In this document: positions 1-13,600 of the stretch, in pieces | How the letters are laid out: each line of letters begins with the position of its first letter | Position numbering within the stretch: position 1 is the first letter of the stretch | Assembly: GCA_964016885.1 (NCBI GenBank) | Contig: CAXHJY010000642.1 | Location: 1-53,343 of the forward strand | Origin: Eledone cirrhosa | Lineage: Eukaryota | Direction of reading: 5' to 3' | DNA: 53,343 nt | Position numbers and translations under genes: made by a program | The notes under the pieces: generated by a model | Told to the model about the DNA's origin: nothing | Seen by the model: the letters and a program-made list of their open reading frames with translations, nothing else | The model's database searches: none

Positions 1-789
1 ATTTTATACTTTGCCTTGAATACCTCGGTATCCCATATAATACCAAGTTTCTCACTTTGTGAGTAACACATATACTATCAAAAATCCACCCAGAAGGCAG
101 TGTTTCTACTATTATGCAGCAAGCATTTTAAGGTCATTGGCTTGTAATGTATATATACTACAAAATATATTCACAATTGCAGCAGCTACTGACATTATGC
201 TCTAGTCAACTGAGTTAGAAAAATCCTAAATATAAATTTGATATGATTTTTGCTGTATAAACTCTTTACAATCATTCACTACGTAGTCATGTTAATGGAA
301 GAGAGAACCTATTTGCTAAATTTTAAAAAGATTTTGATAACTTTAACAAATAAACTAACCAAAACAAAGCATTATATATATATTGTGAGTAACAGGATAT
401 AGAGCAGCAACTATTATCTGACTTGTGGAAATAGTCACATGAATTAACATGTGCATGCAAATAGTATACTGTTTGTTGACCCAGAACCAGTCTTTTTAGA
501 AGTTACTCTACAGTAACTCTTATCTCAGTCAGTATGGTGAATTTGACACAGGCTATGTAAGCCAACCTAAATGATTTATGACAAGTGGTACTCCTCTATT
601 CTTAGTTTACAATAGAGTCAACTATTTCATCTCCCTAGAGCAATAAAAAAAGTAGCAGTAAGACAACTACTCCCATACAAAAACTACCTTGCTTTGTTTG
701 TAATTAAATTAATTAATTAGGTGGTGAATTAGTAGAATGTAGAACAAAATATTTTATGAAATTTATTCTGGCTCCTTGTGTATGAAAGC

Positions 790-1050
790 ATGCAACCCAG
801 GGGTTTGGGGTTGGGCTCACAATCGTAAAGTTCAATTCTCAGACCAGGCAGTGGGTTGTGTCCTTGAGCTCAACATTTCATTTTACTTGCTCCAATTCAC
901 TCAGCTGGAAAAAATGAATACCAACAACGGTCTAGGATTAACCCTATGGTGGACTGGTGTCCTGTCGAGAGTGGATAAGTCTTGTACTCTCAATCACTTA
1001 ACACCAATGAAACTGGGATAAGCACTAGTTTGATGAGCCCCTGGGCTTTT
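790..1050 (+). mobile_element. tRNA-derived SINE, degenerate
   Basis: B-box-like GTTCAATTC and core CTTGCTCCAATTCACTCAGCTG shared with copies at 3397-3666 and 50328-50662. Confidence 0.65.
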
Positions 1051-1789
1051 ATAACCTCTGTAAACTGAGTTTAAATCCTGCTGAAATCAGCTTTGCCTTT
1101 CATCTTTTCAGGGTCAATAAAATAAAGTCCAGAGGCAGTGGATTGGAAGAATTGTTAGAGTATTGGACTAGATGCCTTTTGGTATTTGTTCTGGCTTTTC
1201 ATACTCTGAGTTCAAATGCTGTGATCAACTTTAGGGCAGACTTAATCAATCGTCTGGTATAACACGCTTGGTTGCCTTTTGTGAAGTCTATTTTATTGCA
1301 AATATTTGAGCCAAGCCTCTAGTTTGAGGATACCTTCCTATCTCCCTTCTACCAATTTCACAGGTTCTTTAAAGGATTATGGACACTGTTTTTTACTTTC
1401 TGACTTAACAATAAAAAGAAAAATCACATCAGAAATAGAAATAAACAAAATAAGTTTTAAGTTCAAACTACGCACTAAAGCTAGCTACTATCTTCACAAA
1501 ACCCTTAGTGTCAATACATTAGTGTCCCATTCCCAAGATAGGCAACCTCTCTGACTCTGCTAACTTTGACCCAGGCATGGTAAATATGTAGTTTGGGGAT
1601 CAATCTAACTATATGGTACATTAGGTAAGGGCCTTCTATAATAGTATCAGGTTAACCTTTGCCTTGTGAGTGAAATTTGAGAGCTGTCCTTCATTCCCTA
1701 AAAAAATAACCCCTCTGACCCTGCTACCTACCTCTCTTATTTGAAACATCTCAGAGGTACTAGAGATAGTCATTGATAACCATATTTTC

Positions 1790-2110
1790 CAACACCTTCA
1801 ATATTTCTTCCCCAATGACCACATGTGTGGTTTCTGTAAAACCAGATCTACAGGAGAGCTGCTCTCATATGTTAACCAGCAATAGACCCTTGCCTTTGAG
1901 AAATTTTGTGAAAACAATGTCACACATGACATCATTAAAGCATTCAATTATGTCTGGACTGCAAATATCTTAGGTAAAATACCTGTCTCTCAAATTGGAG
2001 GTTTCATGTTACATGACACTATGTGCTGATGGCACTCTCTCTAATCCATTCTATCAACTCTAGAGTTCCTCCAAACTTTTCATCCTATTGATGACCGACT
2101 TTCTGTTATT
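1790..2110 (+). pseudogene. highly decayed LINE RT remnant (Jockey/CR1-like)
   Basis: Frameshifted traces resembling RSTGDLL...KAF..VW and INSGVP. Confidence 0.35.
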
Positions 2111-3396
2111 TCTATATTTCTATCAATATAAATATATATCACAATAAAAAGTGCCCAGTCCACACTGTAAAGCGGTCACGTAGGTATCACATCAAAAAGT
2201 ACCCAATACACACTGTAAATATGGTTGGCGTTAGGAAAGGCATCCAGCTGTAGAGACGAAGCTAAAATCGGTTCTGTGTGAGCAAAACATGGTCCTTTGA
2301 CTTGGCTGTCTCAATGGGACAACTCATCTAATCCATGATTATGTAGAAAATGGACATTAAACGATGATGATATATATGTGAACTCATAATTTCTAGTAGA
2401 ATCGTAGAGGTGCCATAGTAACATCATACAATACTGTGTGTTTTGAGCATTTTAAAGCTGCCTGAGCCCAACTCCCTTCAGGTCTGAACACAACCAATTT
2501 CTTTCAGTGAAAAAGAGGAAATGAGAAAGAAATGTAGAAGAAGAATCAATCCCAGTAGTGGACTGGTACTTTTTTTTTATCGACCTAAAAAAAAAGGAAA
2601 TAAAGTTGACCTCAGTGGGTTTTGAGAGCTGGAACAAGTAGCATAAAATATTCTATCTGATATTCTAACAATTCTGCCAATTCACCACCACAATCACTAC
2701 TACTCTTCAGTCTTCCCTAACGATCTACACCTAAATGTCATCCATTTGTAACCTAGGCACCTCATGTATAACCAGAGACACTGAAATCGTTCTCTAGTGG
2801 AGTCTCCCTCCACAGTTCATAGGTGTTTGTATTTTGATTTTGCAAATATCAAGAAAACAATCACATACTGTACGAGTCACAACTAGAACACTCACTATCA
2901 CTAGGGATTTCACATGCTCAACATATCAAAGACTGGTCTTCCACTCCAGAGCCAGAAAATATTTCAACTCCCAACAGTTATTAATTATATACAAAACACC
3001 AATGAAACACACAAAGGAATACTACTCTCACAGCTCCAAAAAGTGGCTACCTGACTGATGAATATGAAGTTCCTCTCTAACACGCACTCCTACCCCCAGC
3101 CAACAGACATATTGTCTTTTCACTGCTACTACAGTGGCTTCTGTTCTATGAAACTGGTTGATTTCATGCTGCATACATCCCAACCCATAAGTCATATTGT
3201 GTCCAAACATCAGATCCTGCACAAACCACTTTACTTATTTCTTCCTCCCTAGAATACCATCCCTCTGGAATCTTTCCATGTTTATGTTTTTCCTTTATCT
3301 ACAGTCATCAACTTTGCAGCTGTTAAAGAACATCAACTGGGACAAATTTACTAATCCTGGAGGGATTACAAAGGCCATGGGCACTACTCTTTCAGG

Positions 3397-3666
3397 CTAA
3401 AGTCTGTCTTGAGCCTGAAGGCTCATCAGGCTGGTGTTTGTCTCAGTTTCCATGGCATGAAGTGACTGAGAATACAAGACTTTCCCCTGGACAGGCTGAC
3501 AGTCATTCACAGGGTTAAACCCCCAGCTATTGCTGGTACTCATTTTCAGCTGAATATACTGGAGCAATGTTTTGCTCAAAAACACAACACGCAACCCAGT
3601 CCAGGAATTGAACCAAAGACATTACGACTGTAAGTGTAATACCGTTACCACTAAGCCATGTGCCTC
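3397..3666 (-). mobile_element. tRNA-derived SINE
   Basis: Minus-strand head GAGGCACATGGCTTAGTGGTAA (A box) ...GGTTCAATTCC (B box), followed by the shared core. Confidence 0.8.
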
Positions 3667-4194
3667 CTCTTCTTCAAGGCTAAACCATTAAAAAAAATTT
3701 ACACCAGATATTTATCCCAAATCAACAACTCAAACATTTTCCACCCACTACTAAATGTCCACAAAAACTTTAATAATGAGAAAAAAAACATTGTCGTTGA
3801 TATTTTTCAGCTCAACAGCAATCATACCTACTGTGTGTCTATGAGAATATGCTGCTAAATTCCCTCCATATTCTTATCCTTTTTATTATTATTATTATTA
3901 TTTCACTTATTTCAGTCATGAGACTGCAACCATGCTGGAACATCACCTTAAAGTCAATTACATTGATTACAGTTTGTATTTTTTCAAGTGAGACACTTAT
4001 TTTATTGATTTCTTTTCAACAAGCTGTTAAGTTACAAGACATTCACACACACATATATATATATATGACAGACTTCTGCAATTTCTGTCTACCAAATTTC
4101 ACTCACAGGGCAGGTTATGATCAGGTTATTTTGGTACAAAAATAACAACAATAATGCTATTAAAACAACATATTATTAAATTACTATTTAACAC

Positions 4195-4365
4195 AAAAGC
4201 TAAGACTGCAGCCAGCAAATGTAGAGTTAACAATGAGCATAGTGACAAGTTTAGTGTGCATGTGAGGGTCCACCAGGACTCTCTCCTTAGCCCACTCCTG
4301 TTTATTATTGTCCTCCAGGTCATAGCAGAGGAGTTTAAGACTGTCTGCCCATGGTAACTCCTAAT
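4195..4365 (+). pseudogene. RTE LINE RT fragment
   Basis: VRVHQDSLLSPLLFIIVLQVIAEEFKTVCPW matches the RTE copies in this window. Confidence 0.85.
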
Positions 4366-6394
4366 GATCTTTTAGGAGAATGGTTATTATACATATATAT
4401 TTACTACTGTTTTAGAAATAACATGAAAGGCTGATTTACTTTGTAGAATGTTCATACAATTTAGCAGTATTTAAATAATAGTCACCAATTTAGCAGATGG
4501 ATATAAGAGTAGATGTATCACCACAAAGAATTATCATGATGTTGTATTCGTTGTAACTGGAAAGGTGTGTTAATAACATCACATGTTTTTATGTAATTTA
4601 TTTACATAAATTGAGCTGAGTAGAGCTGGCATGCGAAAACAAATGAAACAAACGAATTAAGCACGGTCTACTGGCTGAAGTGTTGACCAGGCCCTGGTTA
4701 TATTGTTGTGTTACATATTGGCTAGTGATTTCACGGCGAAAGAAAAATAGTTGTTTACCTTTCCACGGCTAAAGCTGCAAGAGAAAGATATTTCTGAGCT
4801 GACGCAGGAATTTTTCCTGCAGGGCGTGTAGAGATACATTCTCCTCTGCTGGTGGCAATTGGCTGCACTGAGTCAAACAACGCATGGTGAATGTATATGA
4901 GCCCGCGGATTGTAGGTCACTACAATCTAATCATCATAGTTGAATCCTCAGCAGAAAAGAGAAGAAATTCCAGACTTGGAAACAAAACCTGGTATCAAAA
5001 GACCTTAGAATCAAACAAAATAAAACAGGGAACTGATTCCATAAGAGAAATGGTTGTTCTCAATATACATGAAAGGAGTATCAAGTTTACTAGCAATATC
5101 CACACTATAAACGACTCACCTTCCCACATTGGCATGATGAAATGAGCATGGAGAGAATGATAGTGAAGCAGAGATGTGTAACATTTATGTCCCCTCCTGC
5201 CAGCATGCACCGCACTCCCTCGTTTCCTTAATACCCCCCTGCTCCCTCACTATCGAAGTCCTGCATGTTAGTCTTTCCTTGATCACATCCCTCATTCTTC
5301 CTTCCTTATCTAACCCATGCTAACAAAGAAAGATAGATGTATCCATCTTCATAATACAACCCATGCCAGCATATGAAGACATATGCACCTCTTTCTTCCT
5401 CCAAGAGACACACCCTCACAATGTGCTCTCTCCAACCCATGTTAGCATGGAAAGCTGGGCATATCCCACCACGATAAAGACTACCTAGCCTACCCATAGA
5501 TAGTGCTGGTGCTGTGATAAAATGCTTGGTTGGTATTAGGAAGGATATCCAGCCTTAGAAACCTTATCAAAAATGGAATGTGTTCACCTGATCAGTCTAG
5601 TCTCAGAATATGACAACCCATTTAACCCATAGAAAATATTTAATGGTGATGATGATGCTATGCTCCCCTCTCCCATGCATATCTCCAATTCACCATGCCT
5701 GTAGGGAAAGCCAGACATGTCCCACAATATATTGCCAGATGCAACTTACTCTCAAAGCTACCTCCAAGACCCGATACTTAGGAGAATGACTCTCTCCTTT
5801 AGCAAGCAACATGTAGCTTCCCGACTTATATCACTGCCTCCACAAACCTGGCCAAAGACACAACAAATAACAATAATGTTGTAATAAGGTAGTGCTGGTG
5901 CCATGAAAAATCACACCCTATCCACCCTGTAACTTGCCTCAATAAAACGCTCCCAGTACATGCTGTAAAGTGATTGGTGTTACTAAGGGCATCTGACTAA
6001 AAAAAAAAGCCAAAATGGAATATACAAGCAAGCCATAGTAACCTGACCAGTCTAATCTCAGAAAGTGACAACATGTCTAACCCACGGAAGCTTGGAAAAT
6101 AGACATTAAACAGTAATGACGATGATGATAATTCAAAGTAAAATAAAGTACCACTACTCTGTGGTTATATGTGCAAAGATATGGAACTTACCATATATAT
6201 TCAAATATAAGCTGAGGAATATGTCTAAAAATCAATGGTAGAGGGGGGGAGGGGCTTATATTCGGGGTTCAAATTCTACGTAAGTAAGGTTTGGATTTTT
6301 GCCCATTTCTCAGACATAAAATAGTTGGGTCGGCTTATATTCGTGTATATAGTTCTAAAAGATTTTTTTAAAAGGGTTGACACTGGGAAGGGAA

Positions 6395-6620
6395 CCACAG
6401 TCACACCAGTTACACCAAAATCACAGTCATACCATTTACACTCTTGCCCAACATCAGTCACAGCCATAGGAGTCACACAACTGAACACCAGTCACACCCC
6501 TGCCTAACACCATAGTCACACCATTGTCTAACACCACTAACATCAGTCAGTCATACCAGTTACACCATAGCCACAGTCAAACCAGTTACAACACTGTCCA
6601 ACACCACAGTCACACGACTG
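6395..6620. repeat. degenerate short-motif tandem repeat (CAGTCACACC / AGTTACACCA)
   Basis: Motif recurs more than ten times with irregular spacing. Confidence 0.75.
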
Positions 6621-6689
6621 TCCAATCTCCCTCCTACAATGAATCTCAATAATAAGTGAGATTCTATTTTTACATATTTGAATAGTTTG

Positions 6690-7000
6690 ATGGGTAACCT
6701 TTTTCTTTTCTTTCCTTTTTTTTTCCAGAAACAATTTGCTTGTATTCAAATAATTTTCAATTCCCAACAAAGAACACATTAATTCTTTTCATGCAAGAAA
6801 TCAATAAAGTCAGACAGGCTTGGATACATTTTTTCAGGATGATGTTGATTGATTCAGCAGATTTGGGTATTTGTTTGAAACACTAGAGCAGGTGTTATCC
6901 CATAACAAACCACTCAACCATGAAACAATATTGTTTCCTTGTTTTCTGCAAAGTTGACTAATAAAAATAGTAGAATCTGACTGTTTTTATATAACAATGA
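6690..7000 (-). pseudogene. possible MULE-type transposase C-terminal remnant
   Basis: Frameshifted TN..SAESINIILKK...PSLSDFIDFLHEK resembles the MULE TNNxxESxNxxLK...FI motif. Confidence 0.3.
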
Positions 7001-7261
7001 TATGTTTATAATCTTTAGCATACGAGTGTAGAATATTAAGCTTTCACCTACTTAACAACCTTATATAAAGTCTTTCAGAGACACACCCAAACATCTGGCC
7101 CACAGACATGTCTACTCCTGCCTCTTTTAATACTGCTACAATGGTCTCTACCTGGTCTTATGCACCCTCCCTCATCTCTGAACTCTCCTCTCTTTATTTA
7201 TCAGACAACATGCAAAGTGTAGAACTTAATAAACAACAACATTAAGAGATACAAGAGTTAC

Positions 7262-7267
7262 TTTATT
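7262..7267 (-). promoter_or_regulatory. candidate polyadenylation signal of DUS2
   Basis: AATAAA on the minus strand about 40 nt after the stop; a second one at 7193-7198. Confidence 0.45.
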
Positions 7268-7306
7268 GAAATTATTACAAAAAAGTATCTATTTATATCA
7301 TATATG

Positions 7307-7601
7307 TCAACTATTAGAATTAATTCCACAATAAGCTCTGTTAGATTCCTGGTTGTCAGTTTGTTCAGACAAACTAGACTCAACTGTTGAAAGTTCCTGA
7401 ATCTTTATTTTATTTTCATCCACATCTGATTTCTTATCTAACCTTTCTTTTTGATCATTCTCTGAATTAACTAGCTTTTGCCATTGATCCACAAAAACTC
7501 TTCTTTCCTCTCCTATACCTTCCTTTCTACCATCATGGACTCCAGCCACCAACAAACACACTACAGCAGCATTTTGTTCAGATAGTTGTTTTGACTTCTC
7601 C
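7307..7601 (-). CDS. DUS2: DUS2 last coding exon (dsRBD end plus C-terminal tail)
   Basis: atttag|G GAG AAG...; EKSKQLSEQNAAVVCLLVAGVHDGRKEG...NSNS*; 295 nt. Confidence 0.92.
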
Positions 7602-10600
7602 CTAAATATACAAAAGAAAATGTGATTATCATGCATATTTTTAAAAAAACATACAAAATAAAATCATGGGATCATACAGTATCAAAAATAAATATGAGGT
7701 TTTTAATGTTTTAACAAGCTCCTTTCTGTCTTGTGAGACCATGGATGTGCATCAGGAAAATTCCGCTCTGAGGCACATATCTGGGCAAGGTTTTTTCATG
7801 GATACCAGCAGTCACCCATGCATGCAAGTCTTCCTTCATCACACTAGTAATGTTGTCTTAGGGAAAGCCAAGGCTGATGCAAATCGGCACCAATGATGTT
7901 GCAGGAAAATCTAGAACTACTATTACAAGACATCCCTTCAGACACTCTCAATTCCATCAACCTACTACTTCAGACTGATACTTTGTTTATAACCCCCACT
8001 GAAAGAATAAAAGGCATAATTGACCATAGTGAATGTAGAGAGCCAGAACAAATACCATGCGCCTGCTAATCTGCCACCATTTCAACATGAGAAGTAAATA
8101 AAAATAAAAAAAAGCATATAAAGTTCTTTTTTTTTAAAGTGAAGAGAAGACAGAATAATTAGATAAAACGAGTGTGTTCAGTTATGCCATTTTTCAGATC
8201 TTGTAAGTGAAAGTATCCAGTACCAGATTTAGATCAAATGAGGCCCTGTGCTAGTTAAGTTATGAGGCCCTGAAGGAGGTAACATCTTTTGGAAGCAGGA
8301 AGAGAATATAGAAATGATATTTTAAGTCTGTCTTATTAGAGTGCTCTTGAAGTGAAATTGTTTATAGTTTTTCTTTTATGTCTTATCTCAATTAATATAA
8401 TTTTACAAATATTTATGGCATTATATGGTAATGAATGAAATTATCAATCATTCACTGACAATCACTAATTTATTTACAAAATATTATGCAGCCTTGATAG
8501 TTAGCAGTTTACAGCAATATTTATAATCCAATATAATAACATGCTAATCTACAATGTATTTGTGTATTAATGTTTTTGTTTGAAACTTTCTGATATAATA
8601 AAACACTAGAGAGATGGAGGGGGCAGGGTAAAAATGGAGAGATTGACCATGGAGAGAGAGATGGAGAATGAGTATCAGAAGAGCTGAGAGACAACTGTAA
8701 CAACAGCATTATACAATGTTTCTGAAATATTGTTCTTCAAGTACAGTATACACAGATTACCTCTATTGGACTTATAAGCTGAAGGACATGGTGTTTTATG
8801 CAGATCACAAACAAACATCACTGCCCACTTTAAACATTGTCACGTGAATACACACCACACACATTAGTATTTCTTAGTACAAGATTAAGAGAAAGAAAAA
8901 TGTAAAATTTACAGCTCACATCTATGCAGATCTCATAGATGGCCTCATGTGAATGTTAGATTTCTCAGGGTATTTTAATGATGGTACCAGAACTAGACAG
9001 GTTGTTATGTTCTTAGGACTAAAGAGTTGTCTTGATCCTATGTTGTCTCCACTCATTCGCTAATCTTTTTACAGACTGTACTGTGTGTATTTTATTATAA
9101 CACCAGCATTGAATCTCACTACTCTACATTGCTTCCAACCATTCAGGCAAACAATCAAGCTGGTAAATAGGATATAGAGTAATGACAGAGCAAGAGTTTG
9201 GTAAGAGAGACAAAGTAGTTGGAGTGAGAATATGATAGGAGAAACACAGAAGAGAGATAGTACATTTACTGAAAATCTCTTGCCACTAATTATCTTTATT
9301 AAGTTTTTTTCACCACAGCATGTAGCACCCTAAAATGCATTTTTTAAGTCAACAAAAGCAATTTGAAAATATACCTGATATGAAAAGTCATATAATGCAT
9401 AACAGTTTAATATTTGTCTTTACTACTGTATCAACACCATTTTATGCCTAATTTTCACACTGGTATGGCTTGGACAGATTGTCACATTCTGAGACTAGAC
9501 AGGTCAGATAACCATGTCTTGATCATATAATCCAGTTTGGCATGATATCTACAGCTAGATGTCCTTCCTAATGTCAATCACTTTACAGTGGGCTGGATGT
9601 GACACCAGCATTCTTACTCTACAGAGTAGGCTGGGTGTATGTTGTTGTTTAACCCCAGGCTGGCCCTGATCAATCAGAACTATGGTCAATGACCTAGTTC
9701 TGGTCAATGACGATTGATCTGGAGGTCTAAGAATAGTTTAGCCCAACCCATATTATCTGAATATGTCTTTTCTTTTAAAGATAGCTGCATGTAATTTGAG
9801 GGAGATTTGGTGGCTATTTCTAGCAAGTAGAACAAACTACATAGACCAGTGGTATCCTAACTTATTTTGTCATGAAAAATATATGATTTTCCCAAAACCA
9901 AGGAATCCACATTTATATATTACAGGCAATCCCCTCCCCCACCACTCATTTTAATAAGTCATTAAATAAAATAAAAATTGTTTTAGAGAGAAAATTTATT
10001 CATAGACAAAAATGTATAAATTTTATTAAGATACCTTGTCTCACAGAACCATGGACTTTTTTGTGGAATTCTGGCTCTTTTATTGTCTTGAAACTATTGT
10101 ATCTATACCAATCCCAGTACTTTGTAGAATTAGAGAGTATGCACTTTTTACTAAAGAAAATAGTCTAAAAGAGGGGTATATAAGCCCCCTATACAGAAAA
10201 AGATGGGTATCAGCACACATACACTATGTGGCAAATTGGCAGAGAGGCCAGAATTTAATAAAATACCTAGTTCTAGCTTTTTGTATTCTGAGTTGAAATC
10301 CTGCTGAGGCCAACTTTGCCATTCATCCTTCTATGGTCAATAAATAAAGCACCAATCTAGGGTAGTGGGTTGGTTGTGTTGTTAGAGTGCCACATTGATA
10401 CTTTGTGGTATTTGTTTCAGCTCTTTAAATTCTGAGTTCAAATCTTACCATGGCTTTGGGTGTTCGTCTTAATTGGTTACCTATTTTAATACCATGACTT
10501 GGCCCTCAAATGTCTTTAGCAGAGTTCACTCAGTTGCAAACATTCAGGCAAGGTCTCCAGTTTGAAGATACCTTCCTCTCTCCCACCAAGCTTGGAAAAC

Positions 10601-13600
10601 CTAGAAAATGGTCATGGGCACTGCCCTTCTCCCTGACTAAAAAAATATACAAACAAAAAGTATCATTCTCCTACACAATAATGTTAGCAATCCTGATAGT
10701 GGCATTATTAGAGTTTGTGGTGCTCAGGGCAGCTTTTGAGTTTGTTGACCTCCAACCCATGAAAATTATAAGATGATACACATAAAATGTGACTAAAAGT
10801 GTCACCTGAGGTAATTTCTTAATCTTCTAGAAATAGCAGCTAAATTTTACTCAAATGACAATCTACTAACTCAGAAAAGAAAGACAATAGATAATGTGGT
10901 CCTGGTTACATTAAGTATAGGAAAAATATAGGATGCTCATAACTAGAATGCCTGTATTCATAGATTTGCTTGATCTGGGTACTAAACAACAACACACCTT
11001 TCAAAGCTCCTACTTAACTCCACCTGCTTTATAACACATGTACACAATTATCAAAGGCTGTTGACATAATAAAATGCACCCAGAGTATGCTGTGAAGTGG
11101 TTGGTGATAAGAGCTTGCCAATCAAAAGATCAAGAGGGCTCAACTGTGTCAAGAGCATGACAACTTCTCTAGTGTTGGGGACATGATAAAACACAGCCAG
11201 TACATTCTGTAAAGTGGTTGATAAGAATGACATCAGCCATAGAAAGTTCCAAAACAAAAGGTCAAGACGACCCTTCAGTTGTGTCAAAGACATGATACCC
11301 TCCCTAGTAATGGTGCCATGATAAAATGTGCCCGGTGCACTGTGTTGTGCATAGAAATGTGAGATGTGGGGACCAGACCATCTGAAAGGTGAGTAACTCT
11401 GATTAAGTACTGAGTTGGTCTGTGACAACTAGTCCAAGTTTTGCTAGCAGAGAAAATGGATATTAAATGATGATGATGAAAGTGCTCCAGAGTGAGTTTA
11501 TAGCTTTACCATTCATTGTAAATTCTATGAGGATCTAATTTAAGGAAAAATGCAGCATTTAGCCCTGTGATGCCCCGTCCAACCCTTGCTAGCAAGGAAA
11601 AACAGGTGTTAACTGATGATGACACAGTCCTGTGCCTGGTACTTGGTTTCACAGTAGAGCTCAGAGAAGGGGCAACAAGCACAGTTTGACCATGTAAAAA
11701 CCCATTTTTTGCTTGATCATTTCCATGTCAAAATAAATTTTTTTCCATGGACAATTATATATCATTTGAAAATTTTGCATGTGAACTTTCTTCTCATATA
11801 CTTACATATCATCCCCTCAATCACCCTCGTATTTCCACACATTTATAACATTTGTCCCATTTTTGTGTTTGACTGCTGATTCTAGTTCAATGCGCTGGAC
11901 CACTATAACTTGGTTTGTGTTGAAAATAATGGTTTCTGATTTAGTCACAAGGCCAACTGGTACTTTGTTTTATCAACCCTATAAGGATAAAAAGCAAAGT
12001 TAACCTCGTAAAGAGAGGTAACTATATGCCACAAAACATGTTGCCCGATGCTCTACTGATACTGCCAATCCAGTCATGAAGAGGACTTATTTTTGCTTCA
12101 TTTTGATATAAGAATCGATGGGGGTAGATAATCATTATGAAATATAAAAGTGAAAATTTAAATATATAAGTGAAAATTTTATCGTTAATTTTCACTTAGA
12201 AAAGAATATATTTTCTTCAAGATTTTTATACCACAAAAAAGAAAAGTTTCTCACAAATTCAATATGGCCATTGCTAATTCTGGCCACAAGATGATGCAAG
12301 AGCACAAAGTCAATAAAAAGAGGAATACCATGGATGTTCGTAATGTATATTGAAACTACTTGTTGAAATGGCGTCTTCCCATGTAGTGGGGCTGAAACAG
12401 AATATGAATCTAAGGCTTCAAATATTGAATTTGAGCCAGAATTTCAAGAAATGGACAAATTAATTATTAAGTAAACATATATGTCTATGGAAAATAGCAC
12501 TAAATTGAGCTATATATGTCTTCTTGAACCCCAAACTAACATGGAATCACCGTATTAAGAATGTTGTTTATTTTCTCTCTCTATTTTAACATGTAAAGAG
12601 AGAGGTCAGAAATTTTGTTTTTCTTTGAGAAATTTTAGTTAAATTTCACCAATAAAAATTATATTGTGCAATGAATATTATTTTGTAGACTATTAAAGTC
12701 CGATGTGATGTTTTTGTTTTTTTTTCGATTTTGAATACAGTTGGATAATTTGTGGTAGTGTTTATATTTTCACAAGTTGTGCCGATTCATTTATTTTCTT
12801 TCCCCTACTAACAAGTTTGCTTACAGAAATAACAAGTATGTTTTTCACATATACAGAAGACCCGACTTCCTACAGGTACAAGCAGAAGCTGAAGCATATA
12901 GACAGTATTGCCCCCCCCCCCCCCTGTAAAGTGGTCGTGTAGGTGTCACAACAAAAAGCACCCAGTCCCCACTGTATAGTAGTCATGTAGACACCACAGT
13001 AAAAAGCACCCAGTACTCACTATAAATGAGGTTGGTGTTAGGAAGGGCATCCAGCTGTAGAAATCAAGCCAAAATCAGTTCTGTATGAGCAAGACAAGGT
13101 CACCTGACCTGGCATTGCCTAACCCATGCTAGAGTGGAAACATGGATATAAAATGGTGTTGATGTTGATGATTTGGTTTGTTTTTTTAATCTAGGTCTAC
13201 ATACAATTCTGAGAAAGTTTCATTAATAATTAAATAAAATGAAATAATTCTATTGATAAATATCACTAACACTTTGTAACAAGACTGTTAGTAACACTTT
13301 GGTTAACTTTTAAGCCTCGGCAATGGTCGTATTGAATTTGCAACCTGGTATGTTATGTAAGTGTCGGATTTTGATGAAAAGTATATGAAAAGAAAGTTCA
13401 CATCCAGAACTTTCAAATGATATATAACTGTCCATGGAAAAAACGTATTTTGACATGAAAATGATCAAGCAAACTGTGTGTGTGTTGCCCCTTTTCGGAG
13501 CTCTACAGGGATACCTATTAAATGTATTATAACGCTCCAAACTTACAGAGAGTGTCTGAAAACTGAGCCCCTTACAGATAATGGATCACAATGTAACCAA

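Noticed and set aside
7602-7636. ORF-track start MHDNHIFF as a stand-alone 109-aa gene
   Set aside because: This part is the intron acceptor region; the rest is the last DUS2 exon.
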